From positions 1 to 63,979 of the forward strand of contig JAAEET010000001.1 in the NCBI GenBank assembly GCA_013415565.1: a stretch of DNA of 63,979 bases, read 5' to 3'. This document shows, in pieces, positions 34,331-45,436 of this stretch. The notes under the pieces are model-generated. The model was not told the origin of the DNA. It saw only the letters and a program-made list of their open reading frames with translations, and did not search any database. The position numbers were made by a program, and so were the translations under genes. Within the stretch, counting starts at the first letter, position 1; the number at the start of each line of letters is the position of its first letter. Source of the DNA: Methanomicrobiales archaeon. GTDB lineage: Archaea > Halobacteriota > Methanomicrobia > Methanomicrobiales > Methanospirillaceae.

Positions 34331-35695
34331 ATGATTCTCCGAAAGATCTCATCCGGAGGAATTTCCCACAATTCCTACGTTATCGGTGCCGGGGGAACGG
34401 CTGCTGTCATCGATCCCCGGCGGGACGTTGAGGTATACCTGGACCTCGCCCGTGATGCCGGAATACAGATCACCCACATTTTCGAGACGCACCGGAACGA
34501 AGACTATGTGATCGGCTCAGTCGAGCTTGCAGCCCGGACCGGTGCCGAGATCCTGCACGGGCACCAGATGGACTTTGCCTACGGAACAAAGGTGAAGGAG
34601 GGGGACGCCGTCGGCCTCGGTTCCCTTGAACTGAAGGTGCTCGAGACCCCCGGCCACACCATGGAGAGCATCTCGATCGTGGTGACCGACCGGGATGTCT
34701 CCGATCTCCCCTACGCGGTGTTCACCGGCGACGCGCTCTTTGCCGGCGAGGTGGGGAGGACCGACTTTTTTGGGGAAGAGAAGCGGCCCGTCGTGTCGGC
34801 AATGCTCTACGAGAGTCTTTTCGGAAAGATTCTCCCTCTCGGCGATCAGACCATCATCTTTCCTGCACACGGCGCCGGATCGGTCTGCGGATCCGAGATC
34901 AGCGACCACGAGTTCTCCACCATCGGGTACGAGAAGCAGACGAACCCGCTGCTCCAGCTCTCGCGGGAGGAATTCATCAGGAGGAAAGTGACCGAGCACC
35001 ATTACCTTCCTCCCTACTTTGCCATGATGGAGAAGCACAACCGGGACGGGGCGCCGATCATCCACCACCTCCCGGACCTGACGGCGTTCACGGTAAAGGA
35101 GGTAAGCGGACTCCAGGCCCGGGCCCAGATCCTTGATATCCGGTCCCCGACCTCTTTTGCCGCCGGCCACATTCCCGGGGCGCTCTCGATCTGGAAAGAC
35201 GGCCTCCCGGCATTCATGGGCTGGTTCCTGAACTACGAGGATCCGATCATCCTTATCGATGATTTCAACTGCAATCTCCCGGAGGTGAGCCGGCACTTCG
35301 TGCGGCTCGGGTACGACAACCTTGCAGGCTACCTTGCCGGGGGTTTCCCGGCCTGGTTCAAATCGGCAGCACCGGTTGAAAAATTCGCTGCATGGAGCGT
35401 CCAGGAGCTGTCCCGGCGGCGGGAGAAAGGAGATATCTTCCTGCTCGATGTCCGGGATATCGCCAATGTCACGCGTTTCGGAAAGATACCGGGAGCGCAC
35501 CATATCTTCATCGGGGAACTTCCCCGCAGGATCACGGAGGTGCCAAAGAGCGGGCAGGTTGCCGTGTACTGCGATGCAGGGTACAAGGGATCTCTCGGGG
35601 CAAGCATCCTTGCCCGGAACGGGTATTCCGAGGTCGCCAATATCCTCGGGGGTATGATGGCGTGGCTGAAGGCCGGCTTTCCGGTCGTGAAATAA
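34331..35695 (+). CDS. MBL-fold metallo-hydrolase fused to two rhodanese-like domains
   Basis: The N-terminal beta-lactamase fold (IFETHRNEDY, ETPGHT, TGDALF, PAHGAGSVCG) is followed by rhodanese-like segments (ILDIRSP..., VAVYCDAGYKGS). Confidence 0.8.
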   Translation: MILRKISSGGISHNSYVIGAGGTAAVIDPRRDVEVYLDLARDAGIQITHIFETHRNEDYVIGSVELAARTGAEILHGHQMDFAYGTKVKEGDAVGLGSLELKVLETPGHTMESISIVVTDRDVSDLPYAVFTGDALFAGEVGRTDFFGEEKRPVVSAMLYESLFGKILPLGDQTIIFPAHGAGSVCGSEISDHEFSTIGYEKQTNPLLQLSREEFIRRKVTEHHYLPPYFAMMEKHNRDGAPIIHHLPDLTAFTVKEVSGLQARAQILDIRSPTSFAAGHIPGALSIWKDGLPAFMGWFLNYEDPIILIDDFNCNLPEVSRHFVRLGYDNLAGYLAGGFPAWFKSAAPVEKFAAWSVQELSRRREKGDIFLLDVRDIANVTRFGKIPGAHHIFIGELPRRITEVPKSGQVAVYCDAGYKGSLGASILARNGYSEVANILGGMMAWLKAGFPVVK

Positions 35696-35775
35696 TCCCG
35701 CCATCTCTTTTTCCGCATCACAGGAATTTCCAAAAATTTAAGGTGCACGGGTGCGATGTGCACATTGGTACCGCC

Positions 35776-36252
35776 ATGGAAATCGTGAAAATACCCCGGA
35801 TGGACAAGAGGGATTATGACCGGCTCATTGAAGAGGGCTATGTCTGTCGCATCGCCTTCCAGGGAGAGAAGTACCCCTATATTGCTCCATTTCTCTATGT
35901 TTTTGACGGAAAATTCCTCTATTTCCTGTCAACGAAATACGGCAAGAAGCTGGAGTATTTCAGAAAGAGCCCGTACGTCGCCGTGGAGATCGAGAAGTAT
36001 TCCCGCGATCTCTCGTCATTTACCTTTGTCAGCCTTCAGGGCTACCTCGAGGAGGTGACCGACTCGATCGAGAAGAAGATCATACGCGAAGAGTTTGTAA
36101 CCCTGGTCAAGGAGCGCCGGTTGTCCACCAACATCCTCGCCGCGCTCGGACATTCGCCCCAGGATCCCCCCGAGGCTATCGCTCTCGAGGAACGGTCCCT
36201 GGTCTGGAAGCTGACCGGCGTCAAGGACCTCGTGGCCCTGAAAAACCTCTGA
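35776..36252 (+). CDS. Pyridoxamine 5'-phosphate oxidase-family (FMN-binding split barrel) protein
   Basis: GYVCRIAFQGEKYPYIAPFLYVFDGKFLYFLSTKYGKK...VAVEIE, about 158 aa from ATG 35776. Confidence 0.65.
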   Translation: MEIVKIPRMDKRDYDRLIEEGYVCRIAFQGEKYPYIAPFLYVFDGKFLYFLSTKYGKKLEYFRKSPYVAVEIEKYSRDLSSFTFVSLQGYLEEVTDSIEKKIIREEFVTLVKERRLSTNILAALGHSPQDPPEAIALEERSLVWKLTGVKDLVALKNL

Positions 36253-36371
36253 ATCTCTTTTCTCTGCGACTTCGATCCCCGGTATCAGGATCTCCCCGTC
36301 CCTGCAGAACGGGAGTGCTTCATTCCGCCAGGCATTGAAGACCTGTCCGGCTCCCGGAAGCAGCAGGGACG

Positions 36372-38480
36372 CTACCTCCGCTCAACCTCGTCGAGCAGTT
36401 CCTCCGCGGTGGTTACCGGACGCAAACAGGTGTGCCGGATGCAGGCATAAGCCCTGGACGTTCCTGCCGGTGCATCCATGACCGCCGTGAAGGGAGCAAG
36501 CCGGGAGAGCTCTTCCCGGTTTTCCGGCGTCTTTTGGATCAGCACGATGAAGGGGAGGTAGCGCCGGTTGAGGGCGGCGGCCATCTCCCGTCCGGAGCCA
36601 TCCCCTTCGCCCTCAACGATCACCACCTCGCCCGAAGGGCCGTACACTGATCCGAGGCCGGCCAGGAAGAATGTATAGGCGGCAGGGGACCGGGAGAGCG
36701 GACCCGAGTAGAGCCTGCCGATGTCGGAAGCCCGCTTCTCGTATACGGTATCCCCGGTGAGATGGGAGAGGGTGAGGAGACTGGTGAAGGCAACCGAGTT
36801 TGGAGAGGGAATGGCGCCGTCGTACAGGTCAATGCGGCGGGCAATCACGTCGTCCTGCCCGGCGGGCGTGGTGAAGTAGCCGCCATGCCGGGAATCCCGG
36901 AACCGGTCATCGAATATCCGGGCGAGGTCGCAGGCTGCCGAAAGATCCCGGGTGTTTGACCGGGCCATGAAAAGTTCGCAGAGACCGAAGATCAGGAATG
37001 CGTAATCGGAAGCCTGTCCCGCGATCCCGGCCTGCCCGTTCCGGTAACGGTGGAGAAGGGATCCGTCACCGGCCTGCAGGCGATCGAGGAGGAACCCTGA
37101 CGCCGCCCCGGCGCGATCGGCATACCGGGGTTCGGAAAATACCCGGGATGCCCGGGCACAGGCGGCAATCATCAGCCCGTTCCAGTCGGTCAGGATCTTG
37201 TCGTCGGTCATCGGGGCTCCGCGCTCCCGGCGGGCACCGGCAAGGGTTGCCCGGGCAGCGGAGAGCACCGAATCAAGCTCTTCCGGGGTCATTTTCAGCC
37301 GGGCCGCGATCTGATCCGGGGTCCGCGTGGAGTGGAGGATGTTCTTCCCGGTCCTCTCCCCGGTCACCGGGTCGAGGAAGTTTCCGGGAGTTGTCACATG
37401 CCAGGCGGCGGTCGCGATCCTGAAGGTATCCGGGTCGAGCAGCTCCCCGAGTTCCGCCCTGGTCCAGAGGTAGTACCCCCCCTCCTCCCCGGCCGTATCG
37501 GCGTCCTGCCCCGAGTAGAATGCCCCCTCGGTGGAGGTCATCTCCCGGTCCACAAAATCCAGGGTCTCCCTGGCAACCCGTTCAAAGAACCGGTCCCCTG
37601 TTGCCTGGAACGCTTCGGAATACGCAAGAACCAGCAGCGCCTGGTCATAGAGCATCTTCTCGAAGTGCGGCACGAGCCAGTCCGCATCGGTCGAGTACCG
37701 GTGAAACCCGAATCCGACCTGGTCGCGGATCCCACCCAGGGCCATGGACCTGAGGGTTTTCTCCACCATGTCGAGCGCCTTTGGCTCTTCCTTCAACCGG
37801 TAATACCGGAGGAGGAAGAGGAGATTGTGGGGGAGGGGGAATTTGGGGGCAGGTCCGAATCCGCCGCGGACCCGGTCGTAGCGGAGCAGCAGGTCCTGGA
37901 ACCCGGCATCGAGCATGGTCCGCTGGGGGCTCCGCCCCCGCTCCGGCCGGGTATCGAGGGACCGCGATACCGCCTGTGCCGATGCCAGCAGCTTCTCCCG
38001 GTCGTCCCGCCACATCGTGGCGATACCGGTGAGCACATCGATGATGCCGGGAGACCCGAACCGGCTTTCGCGGGGGATGTAGGTCATGGCAAAGAAGGGC
38101 TTCCGTTCCGGTGTCAGGATGATATTGAGGGGCCAGCCTCCCGACCCGGTGAGAATCTGGCTTGCCGCCATGTAGATCTGGTCGAGGTCAGGCCGCTCCT
38201 CGCGGTCGACCTTGATGGCGATGAAGTGCTCGTTCATCACCCGGGCTACTTCCGGATCCCCGAAGGACTCCCGCTCCATGACATGGCACCAGTGGCACGT
38301 GGCGTACCCGATCGAGAGAAAGACCATCCTGTCTTTCCGACGTGCCTCGGCAAATGCATCATCGCCCCAGGCATACCAGTCGACCGGGTTGTAGGCATGC
38401 TGGAGGAGGTAGGGGCTCACCTCGCTGATGAGCCGGTTCGGCCCGCCTTTCGGGCGTCCGGTCCCGGTCTCCTCATCCAT
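36372..38480 (-). CDS. Thioredoxin-domain protein of the DUF255 / YyaL family
   Basis: [60 protein letters not shown], followed by a long alpha/alpha-toroid-like region. Start at 38480 or 38501. Confidence 0.85.
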   Translation of the reverse strand: MDEETGTGRPKGGPNRLISEVSPYLLQHAYNPVDWYAWGDDAFAEARRKDRMVFLSIGYATCHWCHVMERESFGDPEVARVMNEHFIAIKVDREERPDLDQIYMAASQILTGSGGWPLNIILTPERKPFFAMTYIPRESRFGSPGIIDVLTGIATMWRDDREKLLASAQAVSRSLDTRPERGRSPQRTMLDAGFQDLLLRYDRVRGGFGPAPKFPLPHNLLFLLRYYRLKEEPKALDMVEKTLRSMALGGIRDQVGFGFHRYSTDADWLVPHFEKMLYDQALLVLAYSEAFQATGDRFFERVARETLDFVDREMTSTEGAFYSGQDADTAGEEGGYYLWTRAELGELLDPDTFRIATAAWHVTTPGNFLDPVTGERTGKNILHSTRTPDQIAARLKMTPEELDSVLSAARATLAGARRERGAPMTDDKILTDWNGLMIAACARASRVFSEPRYADRAGAASGFLLDRLQAGDGSLLHRYRNGQAGIAGQASDYAFLIFGLCELFMARSNTRDLSAACDLARIFDDRFRDSRHGGYFTTPAGQDDVIARRIDLYDGAIPSPNSVAFTSLLTLSHLTGDTVYEKRASDIGRLYSGPLSRSPAAYTFFLAGLGSVYGPSGEVVIVEGEGDGSGREMAAALNRRYLPFIVLIQKTPENREELSRLAPFTAVMDAPAGTSRAYACIRHTCLRPVTTAEELLDEVERR

Positions 38481-38742
38481 GGATCCACCACTCCCTGCCA
38501 TGATCCTCCGGTATGATGGCCGCAGAGGGTTGTGCACCGGAAAACGATCCCTGCCTGATCTGTGGCAGGGTGGGAACCGTTGGCGCCTCCCGGGGTTCGG
38601 GAACCGTCGGCAGTTCCGGAGGCGCTTCCGGGAAGATCCCACCCGCCGGACCCGTTTCCCGATCCTCGTCGCGGACACAGCCGCCGCACGAAATCAGCAG
38701 CGCCAGCAGGATACCGAAGAAACAGAGCACGACCGGGTTCAT
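38473..38742 (-). CDS. Possible small secreted lipoprotein (89 aa)
   Basis: [22 protein letters not shown] has a signal peptide plus a lipobox-like LISC, followed by a Pro/Glu-rich tail. It overlaps the YyaL start by 8 nt. No clear RBS. Confidence 0.3.
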   Translation of the reverse strand: MNPVVLCFFGILLALLISCGGCVRDEDRETGPAGGIFPEAPPELPTVPEPREAPTVPTLPQIRQGSFSGAQPSAAIIPEDHGREWWIHG

Positions 38743-38840
38743 GGAAGGGGATTTGGACCTGCACGGCATCAACCTTCTCCCGAACGGAGAAAGCCCGGAT
38801 CGGCATACATTTGTCATCCCGGGAAGACAGAATACATGCT

Positions 38841-41492
38841 ATGGCCGATCCTCTCCGCGGCGGCCGGGCGGCGCCGGAAAAAACGACGCCGGCCATGGCC
38901 CAGTACCGGTCAATCAAGGAGCAGCACCGGGATGCCATCCTCTTCTTCCATATCGGCGACTTCTACGAGACATTCGGTGAGGATGCCGAGACCATCTCAC
39001 GGGAGCTCGATATCGCGCTCACTTCCCGTTCGAAGGACAGCTCGGGGAAGAAGATCCCCCTCGCCGGAGTCCCCTGCCATGCAGCGGAGGGGTACATCTC
39101 CCGGCTGATCGCAAAGGGCTACCGGGTGGCGGTCTGCGACCAGGTAGAGGACGCTCACCGCGCCAAAGGGATCGTGAAGCGCGAAGTGGTCCGGGTCATC
39201 ACCCCCGGCACGGTCATCGATGAAGGGATGTTCACCTCTCCGGAGGCATGCTACCTGATGGCCATCGCCGCTGACGAGGAAAGCCCGGATCTGGGCCTCG
39301 CCTTTCTCGATGTTTCGACCGGTCAATTCCTGGCCACGTCCTGCAGCCGCGACCGGGGAACCGGGGACCTTCTTTCCGAGATACGACGTTACCAGCCTGC
39401 CGAATGTCTCCTCCCCCCGGATCTGGCTGCCGATCTCGGGGGCCCGGTGCAAGAGTGCGGGGTCGTGGTCACGGAGGTCGGAACATGTCCGGGCCCCGAT
39501 GAAGCCGCGGCTCTCCTGGAAGAGCAGTTCGGTGCGGAAGGGACGGAAGGGGATGATATCGGCGGCTCTCCGGCAGCGGTCAGGGCTGCCGCCCTCGCAC
39601 TGCGGTATGCAAAGGAGACGCAGCGGAAGGAACTCTCGCACGTCAGGAAGCTTTCATTCCGCCAGATGTCCGGGTGGTGTGTGATCGATGGCATCACCCA
39701 GCGCAACCTCGAGATCACCCGGAGCATCCGGGGACGATCCGGCGACCCGACGCTCCTCTCCGTTCTCAACCTGACCGGGACGCCGATGGGAAGCCGGCTT
39801 CTCCGGCAGTGGCTGGCGGCCCCCCTCCTCTCGGCGGACCATATCAATGACCGGCTCGATGCCGTGGAATTCTTTGCCGGGGACACCCCGGCCCGCCTGA
39901 AGATCCGGACACTGCTGGCAAAAACTGCCGATATCGAACGGATCGCGGGGAGAATAGCATACCGGAATGCATCGCCGCGGGATCTCATCTCTCTCGCGCG
40001 GTCCCTGGAGGCCGTTCCCGCCCTGTGCGATGTCATGTCGGGCAGCAGCCTCCCCCGGCTCCTTGCCGGGGCGATAGACGATCTCGGCGATCCCGATCCC
40101 GTTGTCTCCCTCATCACCCGGGCGATCACCGAAGACCCGCCGGTCTCTGTCCGGAACGGGGGAATTTTCCGGGAGGGTTACGATGCCCGCCTCGATTCGC
40201 TCCGGTCGCGGTCATCACGGGGCAGGGAGTGGATCATCGCCCTCCAGCAGCAGGAACGGGAACGAACCGGGATCCGGTCGCTCAAGGTAGCCTTCAACTC
40301 CGTGTTCGGGTACTATATCGAGGTGACCCGGCCGAACCTGCACCTGGTCCCCCCCGAATACGAACGGAAACAGACAACCTCCACCGGTGAACGGTTCACC
40401 CTGCCCGAACTCAAGGAGCAGGAAGCGGCAATCGCAACCGCCGAGGAAGGGCTGTGCGCCCTCGAACAGGAACTCTTTTCCGGGCTGCTCGACCGTCTTG
40501 CCGCAGGCATGCCCCTGCTCCAGGCCATCTCCCGGGGCATGGCCGCACTCGATATCTTCTCCTCGCTTGCAGAGGCGGCGGTCAGGTACCGGTACACCCG
40601 CCCGGTCCTGGACACCTCCGGCGATATCCTGATCCGTGAAGGGAGACATCCGGTGGTGGAACGGGCGGAAGGGGTCTCCTTTGTTCCCAATGACACCACC
40701 CTCTCGGCCGATGGCGAGCAGATCCTGATCATCACCGGCGCCAACATGGCCGGGAAATCCACCTACATGCGGGCCGTTGCCCACATCGTCATCATGGCCC
40801 AGGCAGGCTCCTTTGTTCCGGCCACCCATGCCCGGATCGGGCTCGTGGACCGGATCTTCACCCGGGTCGGCGCTTTTGACGACCTTGCCAGCGGCCAGAG
40901 CACGTTCATGGTCGAGATGCTCGAGCTTGCCAACATCCTGAACAACGTGTCCGGTACCAGCCTGGTCATCCTCGATGAGATCGGCCGGGGCACCAGTACG
41001 CTTGACGGCTACTGTATCGCGAGGGCGGTGCTGGAATTTCTCCATGGAAAGAGGCAGGCCGGGCCACGGACGCTGTTTGCAACCCATTTCCACGAGATTG
41101 TCACCGCCGAATCGGACCTGAAAAGGGTGAGGAACTACCATTTCGCGGTCAGGGATACCGGCTCCGAAGTGGTCTTCCTCCGCACCCTCATCCCCGGGGC
41201 CACCGACCGGAGCTACGGAATCCACGTCGCGACCCTTGCCGGGGTACCCTCCCGGGTGACCGACCGGGCTGCCGCCATTCTCGACGAGCTGATGAGGGGT
41301 GAGACCGGGGCGGGTGGACGGGTGAAGCGGTATACCCAGATGCTGCTGATCGAAGCGCCCCAGGCACGCCCTGACCCGCTCATCGCCGATCTCAGGGATC
41401 TTGATCCCGACAGCATGAGCCCTCGTCAGGCTCTCGAAGTGCTCTACGAGCTCCACCGGAAGGCCGGCGGGCGGAAGGGGGTTGACCGGTGA
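38841..41492 (+). CDS. mutS: DNA mismatch repair protein MutS (bacterial MutS1 type)
   Basis: TPAMAQYRSIKEQHRDAILFFHIGDFYETFGEDA, Walker A GANMAGKST, DEIGRGTST. The internal ATG at 38841 gives ~883 aa. Confidence 0.95.
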   Translation: MADPLRGGRAAPEKTTPAMAQYRSIKEQHRDAILFFHIGDFYETFGEDAETISRELDIALTSRSKDSSGKKIPLAGVPCHAAEGYISRLIAKGYRVAVCDQVEDAHRAKGIVKREVVRVITPGTVIDEGMFTSPEACYLMAIAADEESPDLGLAFLDVSTGQFLATSCSRDRGTGDLLSEIRRYQPAECLLPPDLAADLGGPVQECGVVVTEVGTCPGPDEAAALLEEQFGAEGTEGDDIGGSPAAVRAAALALRYAKETQRKELSHVRKLSFRQMSGWCVIDGITQRNLEITRSIRGRSGDPTLLSVLNLTGTPMGSRLLRQWLAAPLLSADHINDRLDAVEFFAGDTPARLKIRTLLAKTADIERIAGRIAYRNASPRDLISLARSLEAVPALCDVMSGSSLPRLLAGAIDDLGDPDPVVSLITRAITEDPPVSVRNGGIFREGYDARLDSLRSRSSRGREWIIALQQQERERTGIRSLKVAFNSVFGYYIEVTRPNLHLVPPEYERKQTTSTGERFTLPELKEQEAAIATAEEGLCALEQELFSGLLDRLAAGMPLLQAISRGMAALDIFSSLAEAAVRYRYTRPVLDTSGDILIREGRHPVVERAEGVSFVPNDTTLSADGEQILIITGANMAGKSTYMRAVAHIVIMAQAGSFVPATHARIGLVDRIFTRVGAFDDLASGQSTFMVEMLELANILNNVSGTSLVILDEIGRGTSTLDGYCIARAVLEFLHGKRQAGPRTLFATHFHEIVTAESDLKRVRNYHFAVRDTGSEVVFLRTLIPGATDRSYGIHVATLAGVPSRVTDRAAAILDELMRGETGAGGRVKRYTQMLLIEAPQARPDPLIADLRDLDPDSMSPRQALEVLYELHRKAGGRKGVDR

Positions 41493-43285
41493 AGGATGAA
41501 TCCCGGTGCCGGATCCGCCAGCTCGATGAGGCCACCATCGGCAGGATCGCCGCCGGTGAAGTCGTTGAGCGGCCGGCATCGGTGGTCAAGGAGCTCTGCG
41601 AGAATGCGCTCGATGCCGGGGCATCGGTCATCGACATCAGGATTTCCTCCAGCGAAGGCCGGATAACCGGAATAACCGTCACCGATGACGGCTGCGGGAT
41701 GAACCCCGAAGAGGCCCGGCTCGCGTTCTTTCGCCATGCAACCAGCAAGATCCGGGAGATCGATGATCTTCCCGCCTGCACGACCCTGGGATTCCGGGGG
41801 GAGGCGCTGGCCAGCATCGCCGCGGTCTCCCGGGTCACTCTGACAACCCGTGAGAAGGGAACGGCGGTGATCTCCGGAACCCGGCTGGTGAATACCGGCG
41901 GAACGATGAGCGGAGCAGAGGAGGCCGGGTGCCCGGCAGGGACGAGCATCACCGTCGAGGATCTCTTCTACAATACCCCGGCCAGGAGAAAGTTCCAGCG
42001 GTCCCGTGCCGCGGAGATTGCCCGGATCACCGGCACGGTCGAGCGCCTGGTGATCACCCACCCGGCCATCGCCTTCAGGCTTACCGTCGACGGACGGGAA
42101 CGGCTCGCGGTCCCCGGCGGAGGCAGCCTGTACGATGCCATCATCCACCTGTTCGGCCTCGATCTTGCCGAAGGCCTCGTGCAGGTCTCGGCTGACGGAG
42201 AACACGTCGGCGTCCGCGGCTACCTGTCGGTCCCCGACATCTCACGGACCAACCCTTACCAGATCTATCTCTCGGTGAATTCGCGTCCCATATCGTCCCG
42301 GCTGCTCATATCAGCTGTCCGGGACGCCTACGGTACCCTGCTTCCCGGCGACCGCTACCCCGTGGCGTTCCTTGATTTCCTGATCCCGGGAACCGACATC
42401 GACGTCAATGTTCATCCCGCAAAGCGGGAGGTCAGGTTCTCGCACGAGCATGATGTCCTGGCAGAGATTACGGCGCTCCTCAAAGAGGCGCTCTCGTCCC
42501 GGGTCCTCATTCCCGGGAAGGATGCCGGGGCAGCCGCTCAGGTGGCGGCCGGCGATACCCTCACTCCTGTCCGGTATCGTCCGCCGGATTCCGGAACGAC
42601 GGGGGTACGGGAGCCCCCGGTGCGTGAACAGCTCCTGACCGGGCGGCAGCTCAGGCTGACCGGATCGCGGTTACCATTGCATGGATTGCAGGAGCATGAA
42701 CCGGGCCGGATTCCGGAACTCCGGGTTATCGGGCAGCTCGGGAACCTCTACATCCTCTGCAGCACCCCTGACGACAATCTCCTCCTGATAGACCAGCACG
42801 CCGCCCATGAGCGGATCCTCTACGAGCAGATCGGCAGCTGGCCGGCATTCCGGGATTGCGCCCAGGAGCTGATCGAGCCGGTTGTCATCAGGCTCTCCCC
42901 GAGAGAAGCAGATCTCTTCTCGGTCGCGCTGCCGCTCCTCAAACAGGAAGGATTCCTGATCGAGCCGTTCGGACCGCAGGCCTGGGCGATCCGGACCGTT
43001 CCGGTAACCCTGGGAAAGACAGCCGATCCCGATACGGTGAGGGAGATCGTTGCCGAACTGATCGCCCCCGGGTTTCCCCGGGGTTCTGATGCCGCGGAAC
43101 ATCTCAGGAAAATCGTCGCCTGCAGGGGGGCGGTGAAGGCCGGGGCGGTCCTTTCACCCGAACAATGCGACCAGCTGATCCGGCAGCTCCGGACCACGGA
43201 AAACCCCTATACCTGTCCCCACGGAAGGCCGACCATGGTGGTCTTTGCCCGGAAGAAGCTCGATGAACTCTTCCGGCGGACCTGA
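41489..43285 (+). CDS. mutL: DNA mismatch repair protein MutL
   Basis: IAAGEVVERPASVVKELCENALDAG, GFRGEAL, and C-terminal CPHGRPT. A GTGA overlap joins it to mutS. Confidence 0.9.
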   Translation: MKDESRCRIRQLDEATIGRIAAGEVVERPASVVKELCENALDAGASVIDIRISSSEGRITGITVTDDGCGMNPEEARLAFFRHATSKIREIDDLPACTTLGFRGEALASIAAVSRVTLTTREKGTAVISGTRLVNTGGTMSGAEEAGCPAGTSITVEDLFYNTPARRKFQRSRAAEIARITGTVERLVITHPAIAFRLTVDGRERLAVPGGGSLYDAIIHLFGLDLAEGLVQVSADGEHVGVRGYLSVPDISRTNPYQIYLSVNSRPISSRLLISAVRDAYGTLLPGDRYPVAFLDFLIPGTDIDVNVHPAKREVRFSHEHDVLAEITALLKEALSSRVLIPGKDAGAAAQVAAGDTLTPVRYRPPDSGTTGVREPPVREQLLTGRQLRLTGSRLPLHGLQEHEPGRIPELRVIGQLGNLYILCSTPDDNLLLIDQHAAHERILYEQIGSWPAFRDCAQELIEPVVIRLSPREADLFSVALPLLKQEGFLIEPFGPQAWAIRTVPVTLGKTADPDTVREIVAELIAPGFPRGSDAAEHLRKIVACRGAVKAGAVLSPEQCDQLIRQLRTTENPYTCPHGRPTMVVFARKKLDELFRRT

Positions 43286-43379
43286 TACTATCCCTGAACC
43301 CGGGGGTTCAGAAAACTTTTAATATGCTGCGAACATTGGTAAGTGAACATCTGTTGTTCCCGCCTGAAAGGAGAAATCC

Positions 43380-43727
43380 ATGACCACAGGAAAAAACGTA
43401 TCCACCCTGATCGTACTATGCCTCGTACTCTCCCTTCTTGCAGGAGCGGCTGCGGCAACGAGTCTCTCCACTGCAGGAAGCTACTTTTCCACGGGCACCA
43501 CCGTGTCCGTGCAGGGGACGATCAACGAGACTGTATCCATTCATCGCTCAACGATTACCAACGGAATAACGGTGAGGGAAGACTGGATATCCTCCTACAT
43601 TGCCCGGAATCCTGCCCCCATGACCTGGACCTCCCAAGGATCAGCAGGATCAACTGACGGGAATCTGTGGTGGACCTACCAGAGAACAGGCCTTCCTGTC
43701 AGCTGGATCAGGCTCCTTGGGATATAA
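43380..43727 (+). CDS. Hypothetical secreted protein (115 aa)
   Basis: AAGGAG lies 8 nt before the ATG. Signal peptide VSTLIVLCLVLSLLAGAAAA. No family recognised. Confidence 0.5.
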   Translation: MTTGKNVSTLIVLCLVLSLLAGAAAATSLSTAGSYFSTGTTVSVQGTINETVSIHRSTITNGITVREDWISSYIARNPAPMTWTSQGSAGSTDGNLWWTYQRTGLPVSWIRLLGI

Positions 43728-43819
43728 CCCGATTATCACATTTTTCCATCTGAGCCGCTGAACCGCGACCAGCCCGCTCCTGCCAATGCTCTTCTAGGGG
43801 AAACGACCATCCCTCATAC

Positions 43820-45187
43820 ATGATCCAGCAGGAACGGGTGCAGCCGCTCAACCGGCAGCCGGTCAGGAAGGGCAGGTACGTGCTGTACTGGATGCAGGCA
43901 TCACCCCGGCTGCGGTGCAACCATGCCTACCAGTATGCCGTAACCCATGCGGAGCGCCTCGCCCTTCCGCTCGTGGCCTGCTTTGTGGTGACCCCGGGTT
44001 TCCCGGATGCCCGGGGATTCCACTACCGGTTCCTTGCCGAAGGTCTCGGGGAGGTGGAAAGGGATCTCGCGAACCATGGAGTACGGCTGGTGACCCGCTT
44101 TGGGGATCCGGCCGACAATATTCCCGCCCTTGCCGCTGGTGCGGCACTCGTGGTGACCGATTGCGGGTATCTCCGGATCCAGCGGGAATGGCGCGAGACC
44201 GTGTCGCACGAGCTGCCGTGCCGGTTCTGCCAGGTGGAGACCAACGTGGTGGTTCCGGTCCACCATGCCTCGCCGAAAGAAGAGTGGTCGGCTGCCACCT
44301 TCAGGAAGAAGATCACGCCGTTGATCGACCGGTTCCTGGTCCCGTCCGGGGAGAAAAGGCCGGGCAGATCCTCTCTCTCCCTCGATCCCGGCGTCGACAC
44401 CGATCCTGCAGCAGCGTCGTTTCTTGCGACGATAGCAGAGGCAGGTGGGGAGCACCGGGTTCCCTGGCAGGGGGGAGAGCGTGCCGCCCACGGGCTGCTT
44501 GACCGGTTCATCACGGAGCGGCTGGACCGGTATGCTTCCGGGCGGAACGACCCGAATGCCGATGCCCTCTCGTGCATGAGTCCCTATCTCCATTTCGGGC
44601 AGATCTCGCCGCTTGATATCGCGCTCCGGATCACAGCAACCGGCCATCCCGATGCCGGGGTCTACCTCGAGGAACTGATCGTGCGACGGGAACTGGCCAT
44701 GAATTTCGTCTTCTATAATCCCGGGTATGACCGGTACGAGGGTCTTCCCGGCTGGGCGAAAAAGACCCTGGGGGAGCATGCCGGGGATATCCGTGAATAC
44801 AGCTACCGTTTCAGGGAGTTTGAGGAAGCAGCGACCCATGACCCGTACTGGAATGCCGCCCAGGACGAGATGCGGTTTTCCGGGAAGATGCACGGCTACA
44901 TGCGGATGTACTGGGGAAAGAAGATCCTTGAGTGGTCGGAATCGCCTGAAGAAGGATACCGGATCGCGCTTGGGCTGAACAATGGCTACGAGCTGGATGG
45001 CCGGGACCCGAACGGGTTTACCGGGGTTGCATGGTGCTTCGGAAAACACGACCGTGCCTGGGCGGAACGGCCGGTCTATGGCAAGATCCGGTACATGAAT
45101 GCCCACGGGCTGAAGCGGAAGTTCGATGCGGACCGGTACGTTGAGCGGGTCGGGGAGCTGAAGGAACATGCCGGGCACCAGGAATGA
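43820..45187 (+). CDS. phr: Deoxyribodipyrimidine photolyase, class II
   Basis: YVLYWMQASPRLRCNHAY..., SPYLHFGQISP, ELIVRRELAMNF, MHGYMRMYWGKKILEW: a class II CPD photolyase pattern. Confidence 0.9.
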   Translation: MIQQERVQPLNRQPVRKGRYVLYWMQASPRLRCNHAYQYAVTHAERLALPLVACFVVTPGFPDARGFHYRFLAEGLGEVERDLANHGVRLVTRFGDPADNIPALAAGAALVVTDCGYLRIQREWRETVSHELPCRFCQVETNVVVPVHHASPKEEWSAATFRKKITPLIDRFLVPSGEKRPGRSSLSLDPGVDTDPAAASFLATIAEAGGEHRVPWQGGERAAHGLLDRFITERLDRYASGRNDPNADALSCMSPYLHFGQISPLDIALRITATGHPDAGVYLEELIVRRELAMNFVFYNPGYDRYEGLPGWAKKTLGEHAGDIREYSYRFREFEEAATHDPYWNAAQDEMRFSGKMHGYMRMYWGKKILEWSESPEEGYRIALGLNNGYELDGRDPNGFTGVAWCFGKHDRAWAERPVYGKIRYMNAHGLKRKFDADRYVERVGELKEHAGHQE

Positions 45188-45436
45188 ATTTCCGGTATTC
45201 ATTCCCGGAATCTCCCGATGCCGGTCAATGCTCCCCTGAGTGTCCCCTGCGGCTTTCCGGCGATGAGGGGGGTTTCCTTCCGTTCCTCTCGAGCTCACAG
45301 GCAATGATCCTTGTCGATTCCACGTCGGCGATGCAGGACAGTTCCGGTATTCCGGAGGGTCCCTGAAAGCAGGATATTTCGGGAATGACATGCAATTACC
45401 AGGGAGAGGAGCCGGGTACACCGGCATTTTCGTGAG

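Noticed and set aside
34331-34560. Degenerate metallo-beta-lactamase motif (THRNEDY instead of HxHxDH), suggesting an inactive enzyme
   Set aside because: In mononuclear ETHE1/PDO-like members not every residue of this motif is a metal ligand, and the other conserved His/Asp positions appear present. This is not enough evidence to call it inactive.
38562-38840. 93-codon N-terminal extension of MutS in the ORF track
   Set aside because: The extension is Pro/Arg-rich and overlaps the divergent promoter region. Conserved MutS sequence (TPAMAQYRSIK) begins shortly after the ATG at 38841.
40215-41579. 454-aa minus-strand ORF inside mutS
   Set aside because: It is antisense to mutS and has no motifs. 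The same reasoning applies to 13080-14408(+), 16324-17298(-), 18962-20221(+), 22280-23317(+), 23763-24749(-), 34517-35704(-), 37332-38516(+), 47322-48293(+), 51150-52199(+), 52382-53188(+), 53310-54197(+), 54593-55303(+), 56513-57301(+), 60302-60916(-), 61219-62265(-), 62713-63678(-) and 12360-12992(-).
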